In this document: positions 18,462 to 27,800 of the stretch, in pieces | Position numbering within the stretch: the stretch's first letter is position 1 | Layout: each line of letters starts with the position of its first letter | The notes under the pieces: model-generated | The model's database searches: none | What the model was told of the DNA's origin: nothing | Seen by the model: only the letters and a program-made list of their open reading frames with translations | Translations under genes and position numbers: made by a program | NCBI GenBank assembly: GCA_937891845.1 | Contig: CALATP010000064.1 | Coordinates: forward strand, 14,567 to 78,566 | Length of the DNA stretch: 64,000 nucleotides | Reading direction: 5' to 3' | Origin: an uncultured Porphyromonadaceae bacterium | Lineage (GTDB): Bacteria; Bacteroidota; Bacteroidia; Bacteroidales; Barnesiellaceae_A

Positions 18462-21400
18462 ATGAAGAAATTAGTACTTCTGTTAGTGAGTTTGTTTTGC
18501 ATCACAGTGGTGCACGCTCAAGAGGAGATTGTATGGGAAGAACCGTCGGGCAATTACCAGACAGAGACGGTTGTATATGCGACCATATTGGTGAATAATC
18601 AACCTAGTTCCGATGTATTGTACCCCGCTATTTACAATGAAGGCGATTGGAAAATAGGAGCCTTTGTCAATGGTGAGTTGCGAGACCTTGTAGATCCATA
18701 TGACTACCAAACCGCAGCTTTCCCCGGTGGTAACATAAACAACAGAGTTGATGCTGTCGAATATACCGAAGACGGTACAAAACTTATGGCTGTATACACT
18801 TTCCGTATAGGTGGTGATGAGGCTGTAGATAAGGATGCAAATATTGAGTTTAAAGTACTCAATGGAGGTGCTGTTTATCAAACGCACGTTTATACTGCGA
18901 GTACTATAGCATACAATACCGCATCGGCAATCAATCAGGACGAGTTGGGCGAAGCAATGTATGGAGGTGTTACTACAGCTATAAATTTGCAGTGGCAGGG
19001 TGATGTCTCTCTCAATCAGCCTAACGAGATGTATTATATCGTGTTTGCTCCGGCAATGTCATTAAGATCGAGCCCCGAAACTGTTTCGCTTGAGATGCGA
19101 ATAGGAGATCCTGCTATCAATCTCAGAGATCAATTTGAACTCATTGAATATTATGCCGGTGATGGAACCCAAGTAGTAGGTCCGGTAGAGGGTGGACAAT
19201 GGGAATATGACAGTAATTACCTGTCGATAGAAGGCGATTATGTAACAGCAATAGCAAAGCCCGAGTTTGAGGAGCCTCTTTTGGTAGTTTTTGCCGGTGG
19301 CGCATTTATTGCCCCCGAAGGATGTATGGCCGAAATTACAATTTTAGACCCCTTGGTGTATGTCGAGAGCATTATGGTAGAAGATGTAACCCTTTTCAAG
19401 GGTCAAACACCTTTAAGACCTGACGTTATATTCAATAATGGAGATTCAGAGCCTTCGGATACGGGCTACACTATGGTGTCGGATAACCCCGATGTGGTTG
19501 CTATTGTAAATGGAGCTTTAGATCCGGTAGGTATTGGCGAAACAACTGTTACTATAACATCGACCGGAACTAATTCTGACGGAAATCAAGTTAGTCATAC
19601 TTTTGCAGTGAATGTTCGTTCTGCTATTGAGAACTATGGTTTCTGGGGTGTCGATGAATTAGTAAATGAGAAATTGATAGAAGTATGGCACGAAACCGAG
19701 GATTTTGATCTTTCTAACTTCTTAGGAGCACCTGACTATGTTTTGAGTGAAGAGTTGACAGGAGATATTATGGTCAACTTGTATGCTTTTACAATGGAAA
19801 GTGACGCCCCTGACGTTGTTTCAATTATAACCAGCGAAGATGTCGGACAACGTGCCTATGCAATCAAAAAAGGTGTTGCAACAATTACATTTACCAACCA
19901 ATATGATCCTTCATTTACTGCTACGGCGGTAGTAACAGTTAAGCAAGTGCCTTCATCGATTGAATTTATTTCATACTCAATCAATGGTGGTGAAGAACAA
20001 TTGTTTGCTAATCTAACCGCAAATCAACTTGAGGTCGGAATTGAACAACCTATTACTATCAAGGCTCGCATTTCACCCGAAGATGCCGACTTTGATGATG
20101 GTACTTTTATAATGGATTTGATGCGAGCCGAAGGTATTGGCGAAATAGTAACACCATCGGCTGTTGAAGGTAATGAATGTACTATTACTGTCAAGGGAGT
20201 TGCTTCAGGGTTATTTATTCTTCAAGCCGATGCACAATATACTCGCGAAGAAGAATCAATGACAATATCTAACAATATTTATATTCTGGTTAAAGAAACA
20301 GTAACAAGTATTGAAGTTGCCGATGAAACAACCCTTTGGATTGATAATCGCTATGAAACATTCGATTTCCCAATTACTGTGCTCCCTGAAAATGCAAGCA
20401 ATAAGGAGTTGAATTTCGCTTATGAGATACTAGATGAAGGTGTAGAGTATGAGGTCAGTCCTATTGAAATATTGTTGGGAGATAATGGATATTCAGTGGT
20501 TGTCAACCAAAAGGCAAATGTAAAAGTAACAGCAACAAGCGTTGACAATCCTGCTGTTTCAAAATCGTTCAACATCTATGCCAAACAGCGTGTTCAAGCT
20601 ATTATATTCGAAACCGATGACCAAGCTTCAAAAATTAGTATGTTTAACGATGGTCAAGAGTATAATGTATATGCACGCATCTCTCCTGCCGATGCCGATT
20701 TCGTTGAAGAAGAATTTGAATTAATGGCTATATATAATGCGGATAATTTTGGAGGTGAAGCCGGTTGGGAAGCATTCGAATATTCTTTGCTCGAAGTTGT
20801 GCAAACTCCAGGATCAGAAGAGGCTGATGGTGAATACTATTATAACTATCGCATCACCGGTAAGGCTTTGTGTCCCCAAGGTTTCATTCTGTCGGCAAGT
20901 TATAGTGGAGTAACACAAAACTTCCCTGTAGAGAAAATTGCAGCAATAGATGTAACAGTGAGCGAAAAACTAGAAATACCTACCGGTTGGAGTTGGATTT
21001 CTTTGACATCGGGCACAAGCACTGCACATCTCCCCGGGTTGGTAGAGGCTCGTAGCCAAACCGAACTTGTATATAACGACCCTGTTTATGGTTACTTTGG
21101 AAGTTTTGCAATGATGTATCCTATGTATGAGGCATATAAACTTGATATGTCGGAGTCTTATGTAATGTTCCCTGCTTACGAAGCCGACTTTGCAGCATTT
21201 ATGGTAGGTAGCACACCTTCGGTGACACTTAATAAGGGATGGAATTGGATAGGTTATCCTTATGAGTATACTTATATGGCCAGTGAGGTGTTTGATGCTA
21301 CTCAGTTTGCCGAAGGCGATATCATCCTTTCGAAGGAGAGTGGTCTTGCCGCATTGAAGAATGGCGTGTGGGAGAATGACTTTGAACTCAATCCCAACGA

Positions 21401-22058
21401 AGGTTATATGGTATATCACAATGGAGAAGAAATCTCGGTAGAAATGCCCGGACGCTTTGATATGCCTCAAGGCTCATTTAACGTCAATGAAGCAGAGCAA
21501 GCACCTCGTCGCAATGCAAGAGCCGAGGGCGTGTGGAATTATGATGGTAGTCGTTTTGCCAATACAATGGCAATCATAGGTTCGATTGAGATGAGTGGTG
21601 ATGCCTCTGAATATTCAATCGGAGCCTTTGTAGGCGATGAATGTCGTGGCGAGGGTAGAGTGGTGAATGGTACTGCTTACATTACTGCTGCCGGTGAAGC
21701 CGGTGAAACTGTTTCATTCCGACTTTACAATCCATCAACCGGTCGATATAGTGATGTTGTGACTGAACTTGAGTTTACCAATTTGGCTGGTTCGGTTAAT
21801 GCACCCGTAATGCTTATGACTTCTATTGCAACTGATATCGATGATGTTGCAATGGGAGGTCAAGCAATCTATCTCAATGGCAATACATTGAACCTTGGCG
21901 ATTATAACGGTACAGCTGTTGTGGTAACTATAGATGGCAAAGTTGTTGCAACAACTACCGAAGCAAACATCTCGGTTGACACATTGCCCAATGGCGTGTA
22001 TGTTGTAATTGTTGATGGCGCAAATGGTCGCATTGTTAAGAAAGTAGTTAAAAACTAA
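18462..22058 (+). CDS. T9SS-secreted surface protein with bacterial Ig-like (Big_2-type) repeats
   Basis: 1,198 aa with a signal peptide (MKKLVLLLVSLFCITVVHAQ). Several Big_2-like segments are present (for example VSDNPDVVAIVNGALDPVGIGETTVTITS). The T9SS CTD at the end reads TIDGKVVATT...LPNGVYVVIVDGANGRIVKKVVKN. A related domain occurs near both termini (IGAFVNGELR and IGAFVGDECRGEG). Confidence 0.85.
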   Translation: MKKLVLLLVSLFCITVVHAQEEIVWEEPSGNYQTETVVYATILVNNQPSSDVLYPAIYNEGDWKIGAFVNGELRDLVDPYDYQTAAFPGGNINNRVDAVEYTEDGTKLMAVYTFRIGGDEAVDKDANIEFKVLNGGAVYQTHVYTASTIAYNTASAINQDELGEAMYGGVTTAINLQWQGDVSLNQPNEMYYIVFAPAMSLRSSPETVSLEMRIGDPAINLRDQFELIEYYAGDGTQVVGPVEGGQWEYDSNYLSIEGDYVTAIAKPEFEEPLLVVFAGGAFIAPEGCMAEITILDPLVYVESIMVEDVTLFKGQTPLRPDVIFNNGDSEPSDTGYTMVSDNPDVVAIVNGALDPVGIGETTVTITSTGTNSDGNQVSHTFAVNVRSAIENYGFWGVDELVNEKLIEVWHETEDFDLSNFLGAPDYVLSEELTGDIMVNLYAFTMESDAPDVVSIITSEDVGQRAYAIKKGVATITFTNQYDPSFTATAVVTVKQVPSSIEFISYSINGGEEQLFANLTANQLEVGIEQPITIKARISPEDADFDDGTFIMDLMRAEGIGEIVTPSAVEGNECTITVKGVASGLFILQADAQYTREEESMTISNNIYILVKETVTSIEVADETTLWIDNRYETFDFPITVLPENASNKELNFAYEILDEGVEYEVSPIEILLGDNGYSVVVNQKANVKVTATSVDNPAVSKSFNIYAKQRVQAIIFETDDQASKISMFNDGQEYNVYARISPADADFVEEEFELMAIYNADNFGGEAGWEAFEYSLLEVVQTPGSEEADGEYYYNYRITGKALCPQGFILSASYSGVTQNFPVEKIAAIDVTVSEKLEIPTGWSWISLTSGTSTAHLPGLVEARSQTELVYNDPVYGYFGSFAMMYPMYEAYKLDMSESYVMFPAYEADFAAFMVGSTPSVTLNKGWNWIGYPYEYTYMASEVFDATQFAEGDIILSKESGLAALKNGVWENDFELNPNEGYMVYHNGEEISVEMPGRFDMPQGSFNVNEAEQAPRRNARAEGVWNYDGSRFANTMAIIGSIEMSGDASEYSIGAFVGDECRGEGRVVNGTAYITAAGEAGETVSFRLYNPSTGRYSDVVTELEFTNLAGSVNAPVMLMTSIATDIDDVAMGGQAIYLNGNTLNLGDYNGTAVVVTIDGKVVATTTEANISVDTLPNGVYVVIVDGANGRIVKKVVKN

Positions 22059-22065
22059 TTGAGTC

Positions 22066-22124
22066 ACAGTAATGGGAGATTCCCTCGCGAAGTGGTGGAG
22101 GGGATTTCCCTGTTACTGTTTTAT
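22066..22124 (+). terminator. Long hairpin terminator after the 1,198-aa gene
   Basis: ACAGTAATGGGAGATTCCC...GGGGATTTCCCTGTTACTGT is followed by TTTTAT. Confidence 0.5.
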
Positions 22125-22350
22125 ACGCTAAGAAAAAATCCACTTACATCGATTATTCTCAATAATCAAATGCCCATTCCGATAGGCTCGGAAACAAAAG
22201 AAGAAAAGCATATGCTTTTGAAGATATACGATATTCAATCAAACAGAATATTGACACAAACAACCCAAGACGGCACGGCAAAGCCGGACGAGGATAGTCG
22301 AACAGAAACAAGCATTAGACACCACGAAAGTGGTATATATAGAACACAAA

Positions 22351-24228
22351 ATGCAAAAAGTGCATAGTATGAAATTGAGACTTAAACAAGCAATATGGGT
22401 GGCGTTGATGGCAGTGGGTGCCATATCTAATGCTTCGGCCTTTGATATTGCAACGATAGCCCAGAGCGATCCTCTTGTAATAACAGGATCGGTAGGTACG
22501 CAGAATACCTACTATCATTCATCATCGAGAAGTGGATATTCTTCACCGTTCAGTTCGTCGATATACCTCAATCTGAATATCAATGTCTATGGCATTGCAA
22601 TGCCATTCTCTTTCTACTATAATACCGATAATGTCTCTTTTTCATACCCACAATTTTCATTTAACATAAGCCCTACATTCAAGGGTTGGACGTTGCACTT
22701 GGGAAATCGTTCTATGATGTTCTCCAATTATGTATTTAATATACCATTCAATGGTGTAGGTCTTGAATATCAACGTCCCGGAGGAAAGGGCGGATTTAGG
22801 TTTGGTGCATTTTACGGAAATTTGAAGAATGCAATCAACTATTCACCCGATGATATTTCGGTAGCTACTCCTGTATATCGTCGTTCGGGATTTGGATTTA
22901 AAGCCGGTTATGGAAACTCCAAGAACTATATTGACCTCTATCTATTCAGAGCTCAAGACCATCAAACATCAATTGATGAATATTGGTGGGATCAAGTAAC
23001 AGCACAAGAAAATATTGTTATCGGCTTGAAAGGTCGTTGGCAAGTCATCCGAAATATTGCTTTGACAGCCAATGTCGCTGCTTCAATATTCTCGACCGAT
23101 ATGACTGCGCAAAAGGTCGATAGCGAAGAGGCTCAAAAGTGGGAAGGTATTTACGATGTGCGATATAGCTCGTTGGTAAGATGGGCAGGTGACGTAAATC
23201 TTACAGCTACATTCAAACCCATTTCATTTGCGTTGACCTACAAAATGGTGCAACCCGATTATATGAGCCTTGGTGTGTCGTATATGAGCAACAACTACCA
23301 CAGCATTGGCGTGTCGGCCAATACTCGTATATGGAAAATGAGCCTTGGTGGTAACTTCTCAATACAGAGTGATAACCTATCGAAGGAACAATTATACACA
23401 ACTCGAGGTCTTGTGTATAGTGCTAATCTTTCATTACCCATTAGTAATAAGATAAATATTACGGCAAGTTATAACGGATATTTGCAAAAACAATATGATG
23501 GAGTGGCAATAGTAAACGATACTACCGGTATTCACCGTGTTATGAATAGTTTTACATTGACTCCCAGCTTTAATACAGCGAGCGAAGTACTTTCGCACGG
23601 AGTGTCATTGTCGGCCAACTACTCCGATAACAGAGATTTAAGCCTCATATCGGAAGGTAAAAGCGACGTAAAAACGTTGGCTGTAGGTGGCAACTATTCG
23701 TTGACGGTAATTCCTATCGAAACAAGTTTTGGTCTTAACTATAGCTACCAGAACTCCAATGGTTACGATACACGATATTCAACCAGTGTATATTCACTAT
23801 CGGCATCTAAGGCACTGCTCAAAGAAAAGAACTTGACATTGTCGGCGGGTATATCGTTGGTTGACAACCGAATGGATATGAACAAAAATCTATCGGTGGG
23901 AGGTACCCTGTCGGCAGGATACACATTGGCAGGTGTACACAATTTTGCTTTTTCGGCAAGTTACAACAGTTATTCCAACACTAATATTGTAGCCGACGGC
24001 TATGCGCGCGATGGAGGATATGACTTCTCTTGTTCTTTGAGCTACAACTACTCATTCACAGCATTCAGCATTACTCGCAATAAGGACAAGAGCAGTAAGA
24101 AGAAATATGAATACTATTCGGACTGGTCGCGGACAGCACGTCGCGAACGTGAAATGAAAACATTCCAAGAGAACCAGAATACTGAAAATCGCCAGCAACA
24201 GAATGCTAAAAATTTACCCAATTTTTAA
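22351..24228 (+). CDS. Predicted outer-membrane beta-barrel protein (unknown family)
   Basis: The track ORF starts at a GTG (22330), with ATGs at 22351 and 22369. The signal peptide reads MKLRLKQAIWVALMAVGAISNASA. The long body has alternating hydrophobic/polar strands rich in S/N/Y/G (LSANYSDNRDLSL, LAVGGNYSLTV, FGLNYSYQN, FSASYNSYSN). It has a basic polar tail and a terminal F. Confidence 0.7.
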   Translation: MQKVHSMKLRLKQAIWVALMAVGAISNASAFDIATIAQSDPLVITGSVGTQNTYYHSSSRSGYSSPFSSSIYLNLNINVYGIAMPFSFYYNTDNVSFSYPQFSFNISPTFKGWTLHLGNRSMMFSNYVFNIPFNGVGLEYQRPGGKGGFRFGAFYGNLKNAINYSPDDISVATPVYRRSGFGFKAGYGNSKNYIDLYLFRAQDHQTSIDEYWWDQVTAQENIVIGLKGRWQVIRNIALTANVAASIFSTDMTAQKVDSEEAQKWEGIYDVRYSSLVRWAGDVNLTATFKPISFALTYKMVQPDYMSLGVSYMSNNYHSIGVSANTRIWKMSLGGNFSIQSDNLSKEQLYTTRGLVYSANLSLPISNKINITASYNGYLQKQYDGVAIVNDTTGIHRVMNSFTLTPSFNTASEVLSHGVSLSANYSDNRDLSLISEGKSDVKTLAVGGNYSLTVIPIETSFGLNYSYQNSNGYDTRYSTSVYSLSASKALLKEKNLTLSAGISLVDNRMDMNKNLSVGGTLSAGYTLAGVHNFAFSASYNSYSNTNIVADGYARDGGYDFSCSLSYNYSFTAFSITRNKDKSSKKKYEYYSDWSRTARREREMKTFQENQNTENRQQQNAKNLPNF

Positions 24229-24248
24229 TCAACATAACGTGTGAAAAT

Positions 24249-24779
24249 ATGATGAGCAATAGAATATACACATTATTGATATTTGTGACCCTATACATTA
24301 CCCATATGATGGCGCAGTTCCCTATGGGAGCAGATGGTATGAACAATACAGCCTCGGCACCATCGTTTGTACAACCGCAAGCTCAAGAATCGGGTTATGG
24401 TTGGCTCGAAGCCGAGTTCCCTACACAAAATGCACAATTTGTATGGATACCTCCGGTTGCCAACAATGCACCAACAACTCGGTTTGTCTACGATTTCAGC
24501 ATTATGCGTGTAGTGCCCGGTCAAGAGGTTTTCGATGCTGTAGAATATGGCAATATAGCTTTTCAACAGAAAGGACTGATGACAGCCATGTGTATGATAC
24601 CACAGAATGTATTGGAAACACTGAAAAATAGTGGAACAGAATATTTTGTAGCATTGGTAACAGCTCGACCGGTAGGAGGTCAAGTAACAATGATCAATGA
24701 TGGTCGCAGTGAGGTAATGTTGTTGCGTTTCCCTGTTGTGCCAGAGCCTTGTAACACCGATAGTATTGACAATAAATAA
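24249..24779 (+). CDS. Small secreted protein, stand-alone paralogue of residues about 191-324 of the giant protein
   Basis: 176 aa with a signal peptide. Residues 37-162 (APSFVQPQ...DFSIMRVVPG...QQKGLMTAMC...VTARP...INDGRSEVMLLRFP) align with the giant protein's APSFIEPT...DFRIMRVTDG...EQKGLMTTFC...VTARS...DNDGKSEIMELYLP. Confidence 0.75.
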   Translation: MMSNRIYTLLIFVTLYITHMMAQFPMGADGMNNTASAPSFVQPQAQESGYGWLEAEFPTQNAQFVWIPPVANNAPTTRFVYDFSIMRVVPGQEVFDAVEYGNIAFQQKGLMTAMCMIPQNVLETLKNSGTEYFVALVTARPVGGQVTMINDGRSEVMLLRFPVVPEPCNTDSIDNK

Positions 24780-24802
24780 CACACAGATAATACAATATAA
24801 TT

Positions 24803-27800
24803 ATGATAAAGCATAGGATATTTTCGATAGTAACATTCATTTGCTCATTGCTATGTGCAAGTATGGCAATGGCGCAAGATGTTTATGTAGATGTGAGACC
24901 TAAGCAAAACCCGTTGCCGGCGCAAGCGGCTCTCTATGTTGATAATCCGGGACGTTTCTTCAGCATCACACTAAACAATCTCTCGGACGAGCCTATCCCA
25001 GTGAGATTGGAATTGCGTGTGGAAGGTCCTATTGAGAGCCAGATGGATATTTGGCCCAATGGTAACGACTATTTGGCTATCGTTGCCGATCGTCCTATCG
25101 AATACTATCAATATCTCGATAAAGGTCAAGTGAGAACCTTGGCCGATTCGGAATTGAATCTGATGTTTAATCAATATGTAAACAACGAACGGTATGCAGG
25201 TGGTAAAATATCTGAGATATTCAGTAATGTTACCGAAGGACACGTCGGATTATTACCAGAGGGTCATTATGGCTTGCGTGTTATTGTTAAGACTAACTAT
25301 ATTGACCAGAACGACCGTGGTCGCGTTGTAGGAGAAAATGAGTGCTATTTCGATATCAGTTATAAGGGTTCTGCTCCCTCCTTTATCGAGCCTACAGCAT
25401 CATCGGATGGTGGGTATCTCAAAGCCGATTTTCCATATCAGACAGGTCGTTTTGCTTGGACGCCTCCCACATTCAGCAATAATCGTTTGGACGCCTCTCG
25501 CAATATATTGTACGACTTCCGTATTATGCGTGTTACCGATGGTATGTCGGCTTATGATGCTGCCACAAGAGGTGCAGTGGCCTACGAACAGAAGGGCTTG
25601 ATGACAACATTCTGTAATGTGCCGTATTCCGTAATCTCTACTCTACGACGCAGTGGTGATACTCGTTATGTGGCGCAGGTTACAGCACGCTCATTGGTGA
25701 GCGATGCATCAAGCAACCAATTTGTAATGATAGATAATGATGGCAAGAGCGAAATAATGGAATTGTATCTGCCTCCATTCTCGTCGACTGGGCAAGATGG
25801 AGATATTGCAATACCTGATGATGCCGCGTTTCCCATTATTGCAACCATTCAGCCCAAAGCCAGTGTGCTCAACAGCGAGATGGAAAACTACTTCTTGATA
25901 CCTAGCCAATTGTTTACTGTCACGTTGAAGAACACATCAAGCAAGGAGTATGAGGTGAGTATGTTGTTGCAATTCCATAAGGGTAACTGGGGTGTGTGTC
26001 CAACTCCTGCTATGCAGCACAGTGACCGCTCTATGACCATTGCTGCCGGTGCCGAAATAACGCTTGATGATGATATGTTGGATTATCTTGCAGGTGAATA
26101 CTTGATGGATTATATTATAGCCTTTAAGGCCGAGACAGGATTTATTATTGGTCCGCCTTCATCTACGCACTTCCAAGATATTAATAACTTTGCTACATTG
26201 CGTGTGTGTGAATTTACCGGCCAACCTGTATTGCGTGAAAAAATCATTGGAAAGGCACGCTGTGAATATACCGTTGACCCCAATGTAGAGCTGGGTAACG
26301 ATTTCAAGATCGAATTTACTCCTAAGATGGAGCTTATGCCTCATCAACCCGAGATATACTTTACCAATCCGTCTCGTCTATATAATCTGAAAATTACCAA
26401 CTTAACCACTTCGAATAAGAAACTTACCGCAATATTACAATATGTAATTGATGAAGATCATAGTTATAATGGCTACGATGAAAAAGGTGATAGAATAGAC
26501 CAATATTTTGAGATTGGAGCAGGTGATACTTTTATCTTCTCTGATGCCGATTTTGATAAACTTTTTGGTGGTTTTAAATCCGTAAACTATCAAGGGAAAA
26601 GTGGGCAAGTAGCTGGGCAATCGTTCTCTAAGTTCGAATTTTCAGATGATGATAACAACATAGCACGCATCAACTTATTTGATTACGAGAAACTTCTCAA
26701 AAATAAAGATAAGAAATCAGAGGCATTGATACAAACCGGCGATGTCGAGTTTGTTGTGTCTGATATGATAAAGGTGGGACGTGTTAATATCACAATAAAA
26801 CCGGCTCTTACCGAAATGCCATTTTGGGGCGACCCATATATTGCCGAGCCGGGACGTTTGTTTGATATCTCTATTGAAAACACAAGTGATGCAACACTTC
26901 GATTAATGCCTCAACTCACATATAAAGGCGTTGAAGTTGATGGAGTAACCTATGATTATGTACCATTGCAATGCTATCAAGACAACATTACCGACATTAT
27001 TTTAGAACCATATGATAAAAAGGATCTGACTATCGATGAAATAAATAGATGGTTGGGTGGCGCTCAAAAAGATTTTGATGGTGATGGTGTAATTGATACC
27101 GTAGCGATGCGTTACAACTATGACACCGAGAAAGTGGAGTCTTGTACCGATGTCTTGATGATGTTTAATGGAAATGAAACCGGTATTGTAGAGTTCCGCT
27201 TGCTCAATCGCATTATGTATGATGAGTTGGTAGCCGTGAACGACCCCGATCGTATCAATAAGTCATTGGAAAGTTCGGCTATATGTGAATTTATTCCTAA
27301 TGAAGATGCAACTCTCAGTGTGGTTGATGTGGAAATCAAGAAGAAATCCGACCTGATGCCTACAAACCCCGATGCCTACTTTGATAAACCCGAAAAGCTA
27401 TGGGATATCACATTGCGCAATTCTGCTACTCACGAAGTTGATGTTGTATTGTATCCTTTGATTGCGTTTAATGATGAATATGGTATTGAATATACCACTC
27501 GCAAATTGGCCGATTGCAAGAGAATTACACTTAAAGCCGGACAGGAAATGCCTTTGACCGAAGCTGAGATTAACGCATTATTCGGTGGCCGGAACGCATA
27601 CCGATTAAGAGACGAATCTAATGGAGTAGTAAACTCAGACCTTATTCCATATCACGAACTTGATGAAAAAATTAATGTCGGAGTAGAGCTCACCAACAGA
27701 TTCAAAATTTTAGTATTGTCTGACGCAATCTTAAGTGAGGATCGTGAAGGAACTCTAGAAGACTATAGCTATGGTTCCGGTTATATCGAATGGAAAGCTA

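Noticed and set aside
20970-21470. Antisense or alternative-frame ORFs inside the surface-protein genes: 20970-21470, 24291-24782, 28477-28999, 32015-32781, 37300-37791, 39065-39520, 44997-45491 and 38103-38303.
   Set aside because: They are embedded in long, uninterrupted ORFs with coherent domain structure on the plus strand. They have no start context or motifs, and several simply mirror low-complexity or repeat regions.
22059-22367. 102-aa ORF in the gap between the adhesin gene and the barrel gene. The 69-aa ORF at 14889-15098 is similar.
   Set aside because: Both span terminator hairpins and intergenic AT-rich sequence. They have no signal peptide, motif or plausible start context.
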